Positions 44,490-54,522 are shown, counted from the stretch's first letter. The stretch: DNA of 64,000 nucleotides from Poseidonia sp. (GCA_030829545.1 JAURAI010000004.1:63433-127432); one strand, 5' to 3'. The notes: generated by a model not told the origin, from the letters alone. A program made the numbers and translations.

Positions 44490-45323
44490 TCACTCTTGAT
44501 GGGCTTCCGTAGGAGTCCACCCTTCGGTATTCTCGAGGTCTTTTCGGATTTGGGACCCGATGTTTAGCGGCTCCATTGTCTGCCGCATATCATTCAAGGC
44601 CCGCTGCATGATGGCTTCACCCAATTCTTCGTGGGTTTGAGGGAGAAGTTCGGCGGCAATTTCCTGGAAAATACTCTCTGGTTTGTGTGCTCCACTGTGG
44701 TAAATGATGCGCGCCGCGTAACTTGAGTACGAAACCAAAAATGTCACGATGGCCAACAGCAAACCGATGATAATTGCAGAACCAACGATGCTTTTGACAT
44801 GCACGAGAAGAAGCATGCACCACCACGTCGCCATACCGTACATGGAGCAAACCACGAGATAATCGGGGATCATTGCCAAGCGACCAGTAGGCCCCCTTGC
44901 ACTGACAATGGCCCGGAAGTTGTCATCGTCCACAGCCGAATACACACCATGGACCACCAAAAGGCAGTTGAGATGAACGAAATTGATGACGACGATCACG
45001 CCCCCTACAATCATGGTCCACCAAGCCAAACTTGTGTAGGGAGTGGAGGCCCAGTAGAAATCCTTGGATTCTCCCGTTAACAGATTGAAGAACAAAGACG
45101 CATTCATAGCCAATACCAATACCGCAGCCAAGGTATTGACTTCCCAGACCGCTTTGTAACTCTCTTTGAGCGTTTTTCCACTCGGATAAGCCTCATTGTA
45201 GGCGTCTTTCCACAAACGACGATGGTCAATTGGATAGAACCATTCGAGAACAGGGACGAGTTTGAAGAAGTTTCGAATCGGACGGTTTTGAAACGTTTCC
45301 GAATCTTTCTCATCCTTGCTCAT
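44490..45323 (-). CDS. Hypothetical membrane protein (about four TM segments)
   Basis: MSKDEK start; four hydrophobic helices; no family recognised. Confidence 0.72.
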   Translation of the reverse strand: MSKDEKDSETFQNRPIRNFFKLVPVLEWFYPIDHRRLWKDAYNEAYPSGKTLKESYKAVWEVNTLAAVLVLAMNASLFFNLLTGESKDFYWASTPYTSLAWWTMIVGGVIVVINFVHLNCLLVVHGVYSAVDDDNFRAIVSARGPTGRLAMIPDYLVVCSMYGMATWWCMLLLVHVKSIVGSAIIIGLLLAIVTFLVSYSSYAARIIYHSGAHKPESIFQEIAAELLPQTHEELGEAIMQRALNDMRQTMEPLNIGSQIRKDLENTEGWTPTEAHQE

Positions 45324-45408
45324 AGGCTTACCACAGACCTTCTCCGTTATCAAATTAAAGCAATTTTCGCGGTTTGATAACGCGGCTCTTGAACGCCTTC
45401 TGATGTGT

Positions 45409-46074
45409 TCAGAGCGGGATGTATCCGAGGCCGTAGGCTGCACCAGCTGCTACAGCAGCAAGCACGAGGAGAAGAAGTACCCGTTTTTTGTGACTTTTTT
45501 TCTTGACGGGTTGTACGACTTCTGCAACAACAAGTTCAGGAAGTGGGAGAGGAAGACCGCCTCCTGGTAGGGGGAGTGGAAGTGGAAGTCCCGGTAGCAT
45601 TGGGCCCTCGTCAGCTTCAGGTTGTACGCGATCACCCGGGTAGAGTTCATCCAAGTCTTCGAGGCCTGGTGCTTCGGGAATCGTACCGAGGATCTTGCTC
45701 CATTGTGCTTCGAGGGTTTCGCTTGATATTGGTTTTTGAAGCCAAGCCACGGCTCCTGCGGAAAATGCTGCATCGTTAGCTACGTCGGCCATACGGGCTG
45801 GAGCGACGAAAACGATGCGTTGTTCCCCTCCGTGCTCTCGCATTTCAAGTGCCGCTAGGTGACCGTCGAGGGACGGAATGTCGAGGGAGAGGACTACGAG
45901 TTCAGGGTCGAGGCGAATGTATTCGTCAACGGCTTGGTCGCCATCTTCACAATGTTCGATGATGAAATTACGTGTTTTGAATAAATTGGAGAGGCGAAGG
46001 CTCGACATTGGATTGTTGTCAACGATGAGCACTGTAGGTGCCCCTTCGTCATCAACTTCGGTTACGAGTCCCAT
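45409..46074 (-). CDS. Atypical receiver (REC) domain protein with C-terminal membrane anchor
   Basis: VLIVDNN, DGDQAV, PELVVLSLDIPSLDG, AGA..WLQKP; Pro/Leu linker; KKKSHKKR plus hydrophobic tail. Confidence 0.82.
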   Translation of the reverse strand: MGLVTEVDDEGAPTVLIVDNNPMSSLRLSNLFKTRNFIIEHCEDGDQAVDEYIRLDPELVVLSLDIPSLDGHLAALEMREHGGEQRIVFVAPARMADVANDAAFSAGAVAWLQKPISSETLEAQWSKILGTIPEAPGLEDLDELYPGDRVQPEADEGPMLPGLPLPLPLPGGGLPLPLPELVVAEVVQPVKKKSHKKRVLLLLVLAAVAAGAAYGLGYIPL

Positions 46075-46118
46075 ACCAATCAATTCTCCGCAGGATGTTC
46101 TTGCACATCAAACAACCG

Positions 46119-46499
46119 CTATTCTTCACCCTCATCTGCCGATGTTGAGAGGTCTTCAACGGGGCCGCCTTGGGGTTGGGAAAAGGTTTCGCGGATGACG
46201 TCGCTTTGAGCTTGTTGGCTTTGGCGTTCTCGATGAAGTTGCGGCGCCTTGGTGAATTGCATTTGGAGTTCGCTGATGACCGTTCGGAGCAGTTGAACTT
46301 CCTGAGCATTGAGATTCCCATCTGTTTTTTTCTGGAACATACGTATCACTTCAATCCCTTCCTTGGCTTCGAGGAGGTCGTAGTGAAACTTGCCTTCTTG
46401 ATCAGGAAGGTAGCCCATGTGCAACATTGTTGAGCGTTGCAACATTTGAATCATTTGAAAAAAACGTGCGGAGTCTTCGTCTGCAAACATATCGGCCAT
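46119..46499 (-). CDS. DUF1844-like protein
   Basis: F...I..L....MLHMG..PD......DL..AK..I.......KT.GNL...E..LL...I..LQM.F pattern. Confidence 0.75.
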   Translation of the reverse strand: MADMFADEDSARFFQMIQMLQRSTMLHMGYLPDQEGKFHYDLLEAKEGIEVIRMFQKKTDGNLNAQEVQLLRTVISELQMQFTKAPQLHRERQSQQAQSDVIRETFSQPQGGPVEDLSTSADEGEE

Positions 46500-46537
46500 G
46501 TAACTCCCTGTGAGTGGGGGTCTTTTTGTCCTACGCT

Positions 46538-47926
46538 TCACTCAAAGAGTTGGTCAAGGAGCCATTGGGGCTCAAACTGAAGCAAGTCTTCGTAGTTTTG
46601 ACCCACTCCTGCGAATACAATTGGACGCCCTGTTGCAAAGGCAATGGAGAGCCCCGCCCCGCCTTTTGCGTCGGTATCCATTTTCGTTAATACCGCGCCA
46701 TCAAAGCGCATGATTTCTTGGAACATTTTTGCTTGTTCAACCGCATCGTTTCCTGCTAAAGAATCTCCAACGAAGAGGGTGAGATGCGGGTTGGTAACCT
46801 TCCGAACTTTGTTCAATTCGTTCATCAAATTCGTCTTATTCTGCATGCGCCCAGCAGTATCGACCAGAACGACATCAATGCCCTTTGCCTTCGCACTGTC
46901 GATGGCGTCACGAGCAATAGCAGCTGAATCGCCTCCGCGTTGGCTTGAAACACAGCGAATACCGAGGCGTTCGCAGTGGGATTCAAGTTGTTGAATGGCG
47001 CCTGCACGGAAGGTGTCACCAGCCGCAGCGATCACGCTCAACCCGTTGTTCAACAAGCGTTGTGCGATTTTAGCCGCCGTCGTTGTCTTCCCGGTTCCGT
47101 TCACACCGACCAGCATGATCACGACAGGAACGTCGCCCTTTTCGATAAAGGTCTTCACCGACGCATCAAAGTCCCAATATCCCGCTTGCAAAAGGGTGTG
47201 GAGGGCGCGTTTGAGGGCGGCTTCAAGGACTTTGGAGAGGTCTGCCCCCTTCCTCAACCTCGCGCCGATGAGGGCGTTGCGTAAACTATCGATGATGGCG
47301 CTGGTGGCTTGTTGTGAGATATCGGATTCAAGCAGAGCCCATTCGAGTTCCTCAAGCAAATCATCCAGTCCTTGTCCGGGTTTGATGACGCGTCCGCCTT
47401 CACTGACCACACCCCCTCCGAGGTCAATATCCACAGTTTTACCTTGTTCAAGTTCGATGGTGGCAGTCTTGCTCGAACCTTTTGGTGCTTGTTTGACTTC
47501 AACGAGTTGGCGGCCTGTGGTGGTTCGCATCATACTGAGGTCCACTTTGGAACCCTTTGGTCGAGCCATTTCGACCGCCCCGCGTTTTTTCATGGCTTTT
47601 TTTGCCAGAGCAGCGGCTTTCTTTCGTTCACGTTCTTGGCGTTCGAGTAATTTCCGCTCTTTCTTCGTGAGTGCGCCCCGCACCATTGGCTCGTCATCAT
47701 CCCACGTATCCCAATCATCATCGGTAGTGCCTTTCGGCTCTTCCTCGGGAATGCTTTCGACTTCCTCAAGGTCTTCCCATCCCTCTTGCGCTTCGGCCTC
47801 GACTACCTGGGGAGGCTGAAGCAATTCCTTGGCCTCTTCGGAAGATGCGTCGACGGAAAGGGCATCTTGATCGGTTTCATCCGCAACCTCGTGAATGCGT
47901 TTTCGGAATCGATCAAACAAGCCCAT
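46538..47926 (-). CDS. ftsY: Signal recognition particle receptor FtsY
   Basis: GVNGTGKTTT, DTFRAGA, DTAGR, TKMD.DAKGG, GVGQ; acidic N-terminus. Confidence 0.97.
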   Translation of the reverse strand: MGLFDRFRKRIHEVADETDQDALSVDASSEEAKELLQPPQVVEAEAQEGWEDLEEVESIPEEEPKGTTDDDWDTWDDDEPMVRGALTKKERKLLERQERERKKAAALAKKAMKKRGAVEMARPKGSKVDLSMMRTTTGRQLVEVKQAPKGSSKTATIELEQGKTVDIDLGGGVVSEGGRVIKPGQGLDDLLEELEWALLESDISQQATSAIIDSLRNALIGARLRKGADLSKVLEAALKRALHTLLQAGYWDFDASVKTFIEKGDVPVVIMLVGVNGTGKTTTAAKIAQRLLNNGLSVIAAAGDTFRAGAIQQLESHCERLGIRCVSSQRGGDSAAIARDAIDSAKAKGIDVVLVDTAGRMQNKTNLMNELNKVRKVTNPHLTLFVGDSLAGNDAVEQAKMFQEIMRFDGAVLTKMDTDAKGGAGLSIAFATGRPIVFAGVGQNYEDLLQFEPQWLLDQLFE

Positions 47927-47935
47927 GGTCTTCCC

Positions 47936-48499
47936 TCAATCATCCAATGTCAAATCATTACCGAACATCCCGCGTTTGCGTTGGCGTCGCTGTGAGGGTT
48001 GGTCCTGTGCAGGCTTTTCTACCTCTTCAGGAGGGGGGGCTGGACTCGCTGGAGGTGATGGTGTAGCCTGGGCCTGAAGTGTTTCAGCCAGCGTGTTGAA
48101 TTTTTGTGCGACTTCAGCGAGACTCGCTTCGGTTTGGTCTGCTTGCCCCTTCAATTCATCTCTCAATTGTTGAATATCTTGCCGTCGCTGGTCGGTGATG
48201 GCGTGAGCATCGGACCATGGGCGTTCTCCAAAGACACCTGCCCCCAAGTCAACCAGGGCCGTACCCTCCTTACTGCCGACATGGCGGTAGGGGAGGCTGA
48301 CGCCCGAACCAATCGGCAGATGCGTTGAAACTGACGCTTTGTCGGACGGTGCAGTCAGCGCCGAGAGTACTGACGTTGTAATCGCATGCTCTGCAAGGAC
48401 TGTGTCAACTTGTTCACGGCGGAGATTGATTTCATCGAACCGCTTGCGGAGGGCTTCAACCTCTCGGGCATGCTGTTGCAATTGATTTCGATCAACCAT
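47936..48499 (-). CDS. pfdA: Prefoldin alpha subunit
   Basis: Coiled coil, PIGSGV, LVDLGAGV, coiled coil; canonical position between rplX and ftsY. Confidence 0.85.
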   Translation of the reverse strand: MVDRNQLQQHAREVEALRKRFDEINLRREQVDTVLAEHAITTSVLSALTAPSDKASVSTHLPIGSGVSLPYRHVGSKEGTALVDLGAGVFGERPWSDAHAITDQRRQDIQQLRDELKGQADQTEASLAEVAQKFNTLAETLQAQATPSPPASPAPPPEEVEKPAQDQPSQRRQRKRGMFGNDLTLDD

Positions 48500-48548
48500 C
48501 GTCTTCAGACCTCCCAACACCTCGGGGTAGAAGAAGGCGGTGGCGACT

Positions 48549-48821
48549 TCACTCTTCCTCTGCAGTAGCGGCGATGCTCCCGCCTTGTGCTGCGATTTGT
48601 TCGCGGAAGTGGTGGAGAATTTGGGGCTCTGTTGAAGTGCGTGGGTCGATTTCTGAGATCGACTCGATCTTGACCTTGCGGCGGCCGATTCGGTGTCGGG
48701 AGCCGAGGATTGAGTACGCGTGGTGGGTTGCGCTGTCTTCGTTATCCGCTGGGATATCAAAAGAAAACGGTTGTCGCTGGCTTCCAAAGGGTGCCGTTCC
48801 TGAAACTCGGTAGGCCTTCAT
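48549..48821 (-). CDS. rpl18a: 50S ribosomal protein L18Ae/LX (eL20)
   Basis: MKAYRVSG...F...A......YSILGSRHRI.RR.V.I..I.EI. Confidence 0.9.
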   Translation of the reverse strand: MKAYRVSGTAPFGSQRQPFSFDIPADNEDSATHHAYSILGSRHRIGRRKVKIESISEIDPRTSTEPQILHHFREQIAAQGGSIAATAEEE

Positions 48822-48920
48822 CAAGCCATCCGACCTGCCATCCATCCTTAAACACGCTGGCGCGACATCAGGCAAACAATTAACCGATAGTTTGAGGCAA
48901 ACCGCAAGGCTGGCAGGGCC

Positions 48921-51900
48921 ATGCGCACGGCATGGTGGCTCGTTCTCCTCTTCGTGCTCCCCCTTGCGTCTGGGTTTCATTCGCCAACTCAGTTACTTGA
49001 ACCAGAGGTTGACGGGAGTGAGGAATTACTGCGGCTCAGTGAAGGTGTATGGACTTCACAGGAATGGGTTGAGATTGAACAGTATGGCGTCGTGCCGCTT
49101 CGTATTGTAAGTCCTGAGACGTTGTTGGTTTGGCAGCCAAAGCAGTCAGTATTGCCCCCCTATGTAGAAGTGATTCCGTTCGAGGATGCGGTTTGGAAAG
49201 AAGGTTTGAGCGACGGGGGCTGGGATTTCGTTCGTCTCGTCTTTGAGCCAAACCTTCCTCGTTCCGTCAAAGAGCGGTTGTTGGCCTCTGTTGCGCTGCT
49301 TGATGCTCAACCCATTGATGGAGATGGCATCATTGAATCCATCTTACCCACCTCAGTTCAATTGAGCATTGGCTCACGTTCCGTTATTGACGACTTGCTT
49401 GATTTGGAAGGCGTCTTGTGGATTGAACCCGTCCTTACCACGAAAGCAAGAAACGGTCAAGCAAGTGCCCTTATCCAAGACGGGGCGTTTTCATCCAACT
49501 CCCTCTGGACTTTGGGGTTGGACGGGACAGGAATCATTCTCGGTGTAGCCGACAGTGGAATTGACGCAGATCATGCCTGTTTTCGCAATGCCACTGATGA
49601 TACTTCCTTGCACGCCGAAGCAAGTGCTCCCTATCCTGCCGTCGGTTTTTTTGGCGAGTCGCATCGGAAAATCTTGTTCCTTAACGATACCATTGATGGA
49701 AACGATACGCCCGGGCAGAGTGATTACAGACATGGCACCCACGTTGTTGCTTCTCTGGCCTGTCGCGACGTGTTGAGTGAGCGAAATAATACTGAGCCAA
49801 CCAACGGGAGTAGCCTTGCTCATGGGGCTCGGCTCGTCGTTCAGGACATCGTTGACGAAAGTGGATGGGCGCCCCCAAATATCGATGCGCTGCTCTATGA
49901 AGCGAGCGTGCATGGTGCGGTGGTTCATTCGAATTCATGGGGAGATGATACCACCGCTTACACCCAGCGCACGGGTCACTTCGATAGTTATGCTCGAGCC
50001 ATGCCTTGGTCGCTCGCTTTCATCGCCCCGGGAAATGGAGGACAGGGTATCCTTGAACCCGCCAACGGAAGAAACGTCGTGGCGGTCAGTGCAAGCACCA
50101 AGGATCTCTCCCCTGAACGATGGGGTTCAACCGCCTACGGACCAACTGAGGAAGGTACTGATGGCATCTTCCTTCTAGCGCCTGGGAAAAACATTCAATC
50201 AGCGAATGGCGATGGTTTCTGGGACACCAACAACGGCGGATTGAGGCTTTCTTCGGGGACCAGTATGGCCGCGCCACTAGCTGCAGGGAGTGCTGGCATC
50301 GTCCAGCAACTCTACGAAGACGGGTGGATACACGGCCCTTGGGAGCCCACAATCAATGTCAACTTGAGCGACATTCAACCCGAATGGGCTACGCCCGATA
50401 CTCGTAGTGTGGCCCTTGGTGCCGGCTTCACACCGTCGGGCCCGCTGCTACGGGCTACACTGGCCTTATCCACAACACCGCTTGAAGATGAAATTCGGTC
50501 CGGTGGAGAGGGGTCTGCCGCTCTTCACAATCCCTATGATGGGTGGGGAGTGCTCAATCTAAGCACGTTGATTGACTCGACATCGTTGACGAACGGTGAA
50601 TCGCCAGGAAGTCATCTTTGGGCTCACGACAGTTATCGATTGGACAATACCACTGTCAACGATTGGTTTGCTGAATACGCTCAAACCGATGTAGGGTTGG
50701 GTGCTTTTGAGGAAAAGCCTTGGTTCGGCCAAGGCGCCTCAGGTCCCTTTTTGCAGACTGGAGATGTATTCACTCACCGCTTTACGCCCCTTGAAAATGA
50801 ATCTGTACGGGTCCGTTTAGCCTACCCCGCCAAAGCGCAACCTGCACCCGTTGATGACCTCCAACTCCGGATTCGTCTTGATAATGGAACGGTTATGGTT
50901 GCCGATCGAATTCAAAGTGATGGCGCCCCCACTTCCTTTTACGGAAGCGTTGTCGACCTCAGTAACACATCGCTCTTCCCTCAAAGCAACGAGACCACCT
51001 TCGGGATTGATGTTCCCGCATCGTTGATCAACGGCTCCAGCTTCATTGAGGTTGAAATCGCCGCTCGTTATGTCGTGCCGGGTGGAACTCCGGGCTCTGT
51101 AGGTCTTGACGGGGACGCCGTTGGGTTCGCTCTTGTCGTGAGTGGTGTAGAACGTGATTCAGATGACCATATGGACGGGGATGGGGATGGAGTCAACAAC
51201 ATCAACGATGAGTGCCCACTGGAGAATGCAAGCCTTGCTGACGTGAACGGCGATGGATGCCTCGACGACGATGATGGAGATGGTGTCAACAACCTCAACG
51301 ACCTTTGCTTGGAGGAAGATGCCAGTGGTTTTGACGCCAATCAAGATGGGTGTTTCGATGACAGTGATGGGGATGGTGTCGTCGACCCTGTTGATGCCTG
51401 CTTGACGGTTGACCCTGCGTGGCCAGTGAATGCATCTGGATGCTACCCTGTTGATCAGACGCCTCTTCTTGTTGTAGAAGAGAGTCCCCGAAGTAACAGT
51501 ACCATCATGGACAATCTCTCCGTTGCTTGGCGTATTCTCGATGGGGATAACGACGGTTATGTGTCCAATGTCTCGGTTCGTTTCACCAACCAGCCGAATC
51601 TATCCATATTCAGTTGCAGTGGTATCGCATCTGCGCCGGGCGATTTGCACCGATGCAACTGGAGTATTCCTGGGAATTTGCCCCCCTATTATCTTCAATC
51701 GGCAACCTACGAAATCGCCGTGACGATCGAGTCAACCAATGGGTCGCCAGCGGCCATTCAGTATCCAGTTTTGACCATCGCTCGGCAAAACCTTTCCTTC
51801 GCATGGAGCAATCCCCTCAATGCGGATGATTCTGAGCCACTGACCGACGACGCAAGTATGACGGTCCAACCAATGGCGTTCATTGGAGCAATCGGTATTT

Positions 51901-52031
51901 TGTTGGGCTTCCTCGTTGGGCGAAGTTTTCGAAAATTGAATACCTCATCCAGCGACCAGCAACAGCCATATCCGCCCTTCTCAAACGCAGAACACATTCA
52001 GAGAAATGGAAGTTCCCACGAAGAGGAATAA
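48921..52031 (+). CDS. Secreted membrane-anchored S8 subtilisin-like serine protease with TSP3-like repeats
   Basis: Catalytic triad VADSG / HGTHV / GTSMAAP; SNSWG; APGN; DGDGDG repeats; C-terminal TM. Confidence 0.92.
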   Translation: MRTAWWLVLLFVLPLASGFHSPTQLLEPEVDGSEELLRLSEGVWTSQEWVEIEQYGVVPLRIVSPETLLVWQPKQSVLPPYVEVIPFEDAVWKEGLSDGGWDFVRLVFEPNLPRSVKERLLASVALLDAQPIDGDGIIESILPTSVQLSIGSRSVIDDLLDLEGVLWIEPVLTTKARNGQASALIQDGAFSSNSLWTLGLDGTGIILGVADSGIDADHACFRNATDDTSLHAEASAPYPAVGFFGESHRKILFLNDTIDGNDTPGQSDYRHGTHVVASLACRDVLSERNNTEPTNGSSLAHGARLVVQDIVDESGWAPPNIDALLYEASVHGAVVHSNSWGDDTTAYTQRTGHFDSYARAMPWSLAFIAPGNGGQGILEPANGRNVVAVSASTKDLSPERWGSTAYGPTEEGTDGIFLLAPGKNIQSANGDGFWDTNNGGLRLSSGTSMAAPLAAGSAGIVQQLYEDGWIHGPWEPTINVNLSDIQPEWATPDTRSVALGAGFTPSGPLLRATLALSTTPLEDEIRSGGEGSAALHNPYDGWGVLNLSTLIDSTSLTNGESPGSHLWAHDSYRLDNTTVNDWFAEYAQTDVGLGAFEEKPWFGQGASGPFLQTGDVFTHRFTPLENESVRVRLAYPAKAQPAPVDDLQLRIRLDNGTVMVADRIQSDGAPTSFYGSVVDLSNTSLFPQSNETTFGIDVPASLINGSSFIEVEIAARYVVPGGTPGSVGLDGDAVGFALVVSGVERDSDDHMDGDGDGVNNINDECPLENASLADVNGDGCLDDDDGDGVNNLNDLCLEEDASGFDANQDGCFDDSDGDGVVDPVDACLTVDPAWPVNASGCYPVDQTPLLVVEESPRSNSTIMDNLSVAWRILDGDNDGYVSNVSVRFTNQPNLSIFSCSGIASAPGDLHRCNWSIPGNLPPYYLQSATYEIAVTIESTNGSPAAIQYPVLTIARQNLSFAWSNPLNADDSEPLTDDASMTVQPMAFIGAIGILLGFLVGRSFRKLNTSSSDQQQPYPPFSNAEHIQRNGSSHEEE

Positions 52032-52152
52032 ACGGTAAGCTGCGCCTCTTTTCCTTGGCTTTGCATGGAAAATTCTCCTCAAATTATCAAGGTGAACCTT
52101 GAAGGATGATGGCGAACTCGCCAATATGTCCGCAAGTCGGAAGGTGAATGAA

Positions 52153-53157
52153 ATGAGTGACCGCCTTTATGTTGGAATTGACCTAGGAACCTACCAATCT
52201 ACCATCGCTTCAAGCGCTGATAAGATGCATACAATCGAAACCGTCGTTGGCCGTCCAAAGGACGCCGTGGCCCGTAATTTCCTCGGCCGAGACGTGTTGT
52301 TCGGCGATGATGCATTGAAGAACAAGCTCGCTTGCAACCTTTACCGCCCTATGGCTGCTGGTGTTACTCAAGATGACGAGGCAAATTTGGCTGCTGCCAA
52401 GGCTTTCGTTTCCCACCTCCTTGAAACCGTTGACCCGGAAGAATACGACGAGGTTCTGGGAGTTATTTGCTCGCCAAGCCACGTTTCCTTCACTGACAAA
52501 TCCAATCTTGTCGCCACCCTACGTGGTCAAGTGAACGCCATCATGGTCGTGACTGAACCCTTCGCTACCGCCTATGGAATCGATGAAATTGCTGGTTCAA
52601 TCGTTGTTGACATCGGCGCCGGTACAACCGACATCGCACGAGTCTACGGAACCTTCCCTACCGATGAAGACCAAGTCACCATCACCGAAGCCGGCGACTG
52701 GCTTGACCTCCAACTCATGGAGCTCATCAAGAAGAAGTACACCGGTGCACAAGTGACCAAAGACATGGTCCGTAAGTGGAAAGAGGAGTCGTCCTACGTT
52801 GGCGGCGACACTCGCGAAGTAACTGTCAAGCTATCCGTTGAAGGCAAGCAGCAAGTCGTTGACATCGGCGATTTGATTCAAGAGGCATGTGGATTGATTA
52901 TTCCAAAAATCGGAAACGCCATCAAGAAGATCGTCGCTGGCGCTGACCCCGAATACCAACCAATTCTTCGCAACAACATCATCCTCTCTGGTGGCGGCTC
53001 CCTGATTGAAGGAAGTGCTGAGCGAATCGCAAGCGAGATTGCCGACATCGGTGATGTCAAGGTTTGGTGCGTCGAAGACCCCATCAACTCAGTCGCCATT
53101 GGTGCACTCAAACTCGCCAGTGATATGCCTGATGACATGTACACCTCAATCAATTGA
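52153..53157 (+). CDS. Actin-like ATPase, MreB/MamK family (MamK-like)
   Basis: GIDLGT, EPFA, VDIGAGTTD, AGD, LSGGGS, GAL; SD-like AAGGTGA at 52141-52147. Confidence 0.9.
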   Translation: MSDRLYVGIDLGTYQSTIASSADKMHTIETVVGRPKDAVARNFLGRDVLFGDDALKNKLACNLYRPMAAGVTQDDEANLAAAKAFVSHLLETVDPEEYDEVLGVICSPSHVSFTDKSNLVATLRGQVNAIMVVTEPFATAYGIDEIAGSIVVDIGAGTTDIARVYGTFPTDEDQVTITEAGDWLDLQLMELIKKKYTGAQVTKDMVRKWKEESSYVGGDTREVTVKLSVEGKQQVVDIGDLIQEACGLIIPKIGNAIKKIVAGADPEYQPILRNNIILSGGGSLIEGSAERIASEIADIGDVKVWCVEDPINSVAIGALKLASDMPDDMYTSIN

Positions 53158-53249
53158 TTCGGTGTCGAAAAAAGGGTCTGAAATACGCCCTCATCGCCCC
53201 TGTCGTGGCGGGAAGGTTCAAGTGTAGTCAATCGGGCATGCGTTGCCGT

Positions 53250-54521
53250 ATGGCTGTAGAGAGTTCGTCCCCCGGAGGTATCCGTCGTGTTGGAAATTCG
53301 TCCAACGATGAGCGCGCAGCGCTTGAGGGGATGCTCAAAGGCTACCCTGTAGAGCAACTTGTTGAAGAGGTCCTGGTGGCCTGGGACGAGCTTGGAAAAC
53401 GGAACGATGAATTGGTTACCGTCAAGCAACGCCTTCGTGTTGTTGAATTGGATTTGGCAGAACGGCACGACAAAGTCGCCCCCGAGGTTGCCCGTCTCGC
53501 CGAAACTGAACAAGCGATGAAAGAGGCTGATGCGAAAATTGTCCACCTTGAGCGTCTTCTCAACGATACAAAAGAAGAACTAGCAAATCAGCAATCCTCA
53601 CTCTCACAACAAGAGCGAAGTTCGATGGAGCATGAAGTTTCACAATTGCGCGACCTCACCACCCAGCAAGACGAAGTGATCGGAGAGATGGAGGGCCGTA
53701 TCACACAAATGGTTGAGGCTTTGGAAAAGGCAGCAGATGCAGGGTTGACCTCGGTTACGGCAGAAGAAGTACGATTGCTCAAGCAGCAGGTCGATGAACG
53801 TCAGCGCCAACTCGAAGTGGAAAAGGCGGCTGCCGAATCCCTTGAAGAAGAACGTCAGCGTCTTCGTGATATTGCCGATCGGCTACGTGGCCTCCTCGAT
53901 GCAAGAGATCGGCGATTGGAGGAGTTGGAGGAACAACTTGAACGGGTCATGCAAGGCCCTCGGTCTGTATCTGCAGAACACGATTATTTGGTAGAGCAAA
54001 TTGAAGAGTTGAAGCGCCGATTGCTGGAACGAAACCGAGAATACGAGTCGTTGCGACGTCGTGAACGCCGTCTGCACAACGAAGTCTTCGAACGCGATGA
54101 GCGACTCCAACAAATGACGCTGACCATGACCGATATTGAAGCAGCGCTACAGGACCGTACCGCAGAACTACGTGAAATCGAGGATCAGCGAAGTTCAATG
54201 GAACATGAATTGAATTCCGCTCGTCGAAGTGAGCGGACGCGTGAAGTTGTGGGCCGTGTCTTTGCGGATTCACTCTCCCTCGTGCGGAGTCACGAAAGTC
54301 GGGAACTAAAGCGTGAACTCTATGCCAATGCTCCTGACCTTGAACGTACCATCAAAGCCCCAAGCACCGATGACATGGCAAAATTAGCCGATGGAGAAGA
54401 GTTGAACTTAGAAACAGATGAAACGGTCCTTGAGAAGGGTATGGATGTTGATGAAATTCGTCCGCCCTCTCCAGGTGGCACAGGCGACCCTGTTCTCTTT
54501 GACCAAGACACTGATGAGTGA
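53250..54521 (+). CDS. Long coiled-coil protein with acidic C-terminal tail
   Basis: About 300 aa of E/R/L/Q heptads; no Walker motifs. Confidence 0.82.
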   Translation: MAVESSSPGGIRRVGNSSNDERAALEGMLKGYPVEQLVEEVLVAWDELGKRNDELVTVKQRLRVVELDLAERHDKVAPEVARLAETEQAMKEADAKIVHLERLLNDTKEELANQQSSLSQQERSSMEHEVSQLRDLTTQQDEVIGEMEGRITQMVEALEKAADAGLTSVTAEEVRLLKQQVDERQRQLEVEKAAAESLEEERQRLRDIADRLRGLLDARDRRLEELEEQLERVMQGPRSVSAEHDYLVEQIEELKRRLLERNREYESLRRRERRLHNEVFERDERLQQMTLTMTDIEAALQDRTAELREIEDQRSSMEHELNSARRSERTREVVGRVFADSLSLVRSHESRELKRELYANAPDLERTIKAPSTDDMAKLADGEELNLETDETVLEKGMDVDEIRPPSPGGTGDPVLFDQDTDE

Positions 54522-54522
54522 T

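Noticed and set aside
43900..44499. 199-aa plus-strand ORF
   Set aside because: Likely the antisense shadow of 43981-44379, which has the coherent codon bias.
48500..48787. Extended prefoldin N-terminus (283-aa ORF)
   Set aside because: It overlaps rpl18a in another frame; ATG 48499 gives a normal prefoldin alpha.
52153..54521. Magnetosome gene cluster
   Set aside because: Only a MamK-like actin is present; no mamA/B/E/M/Q-like genes are visible.
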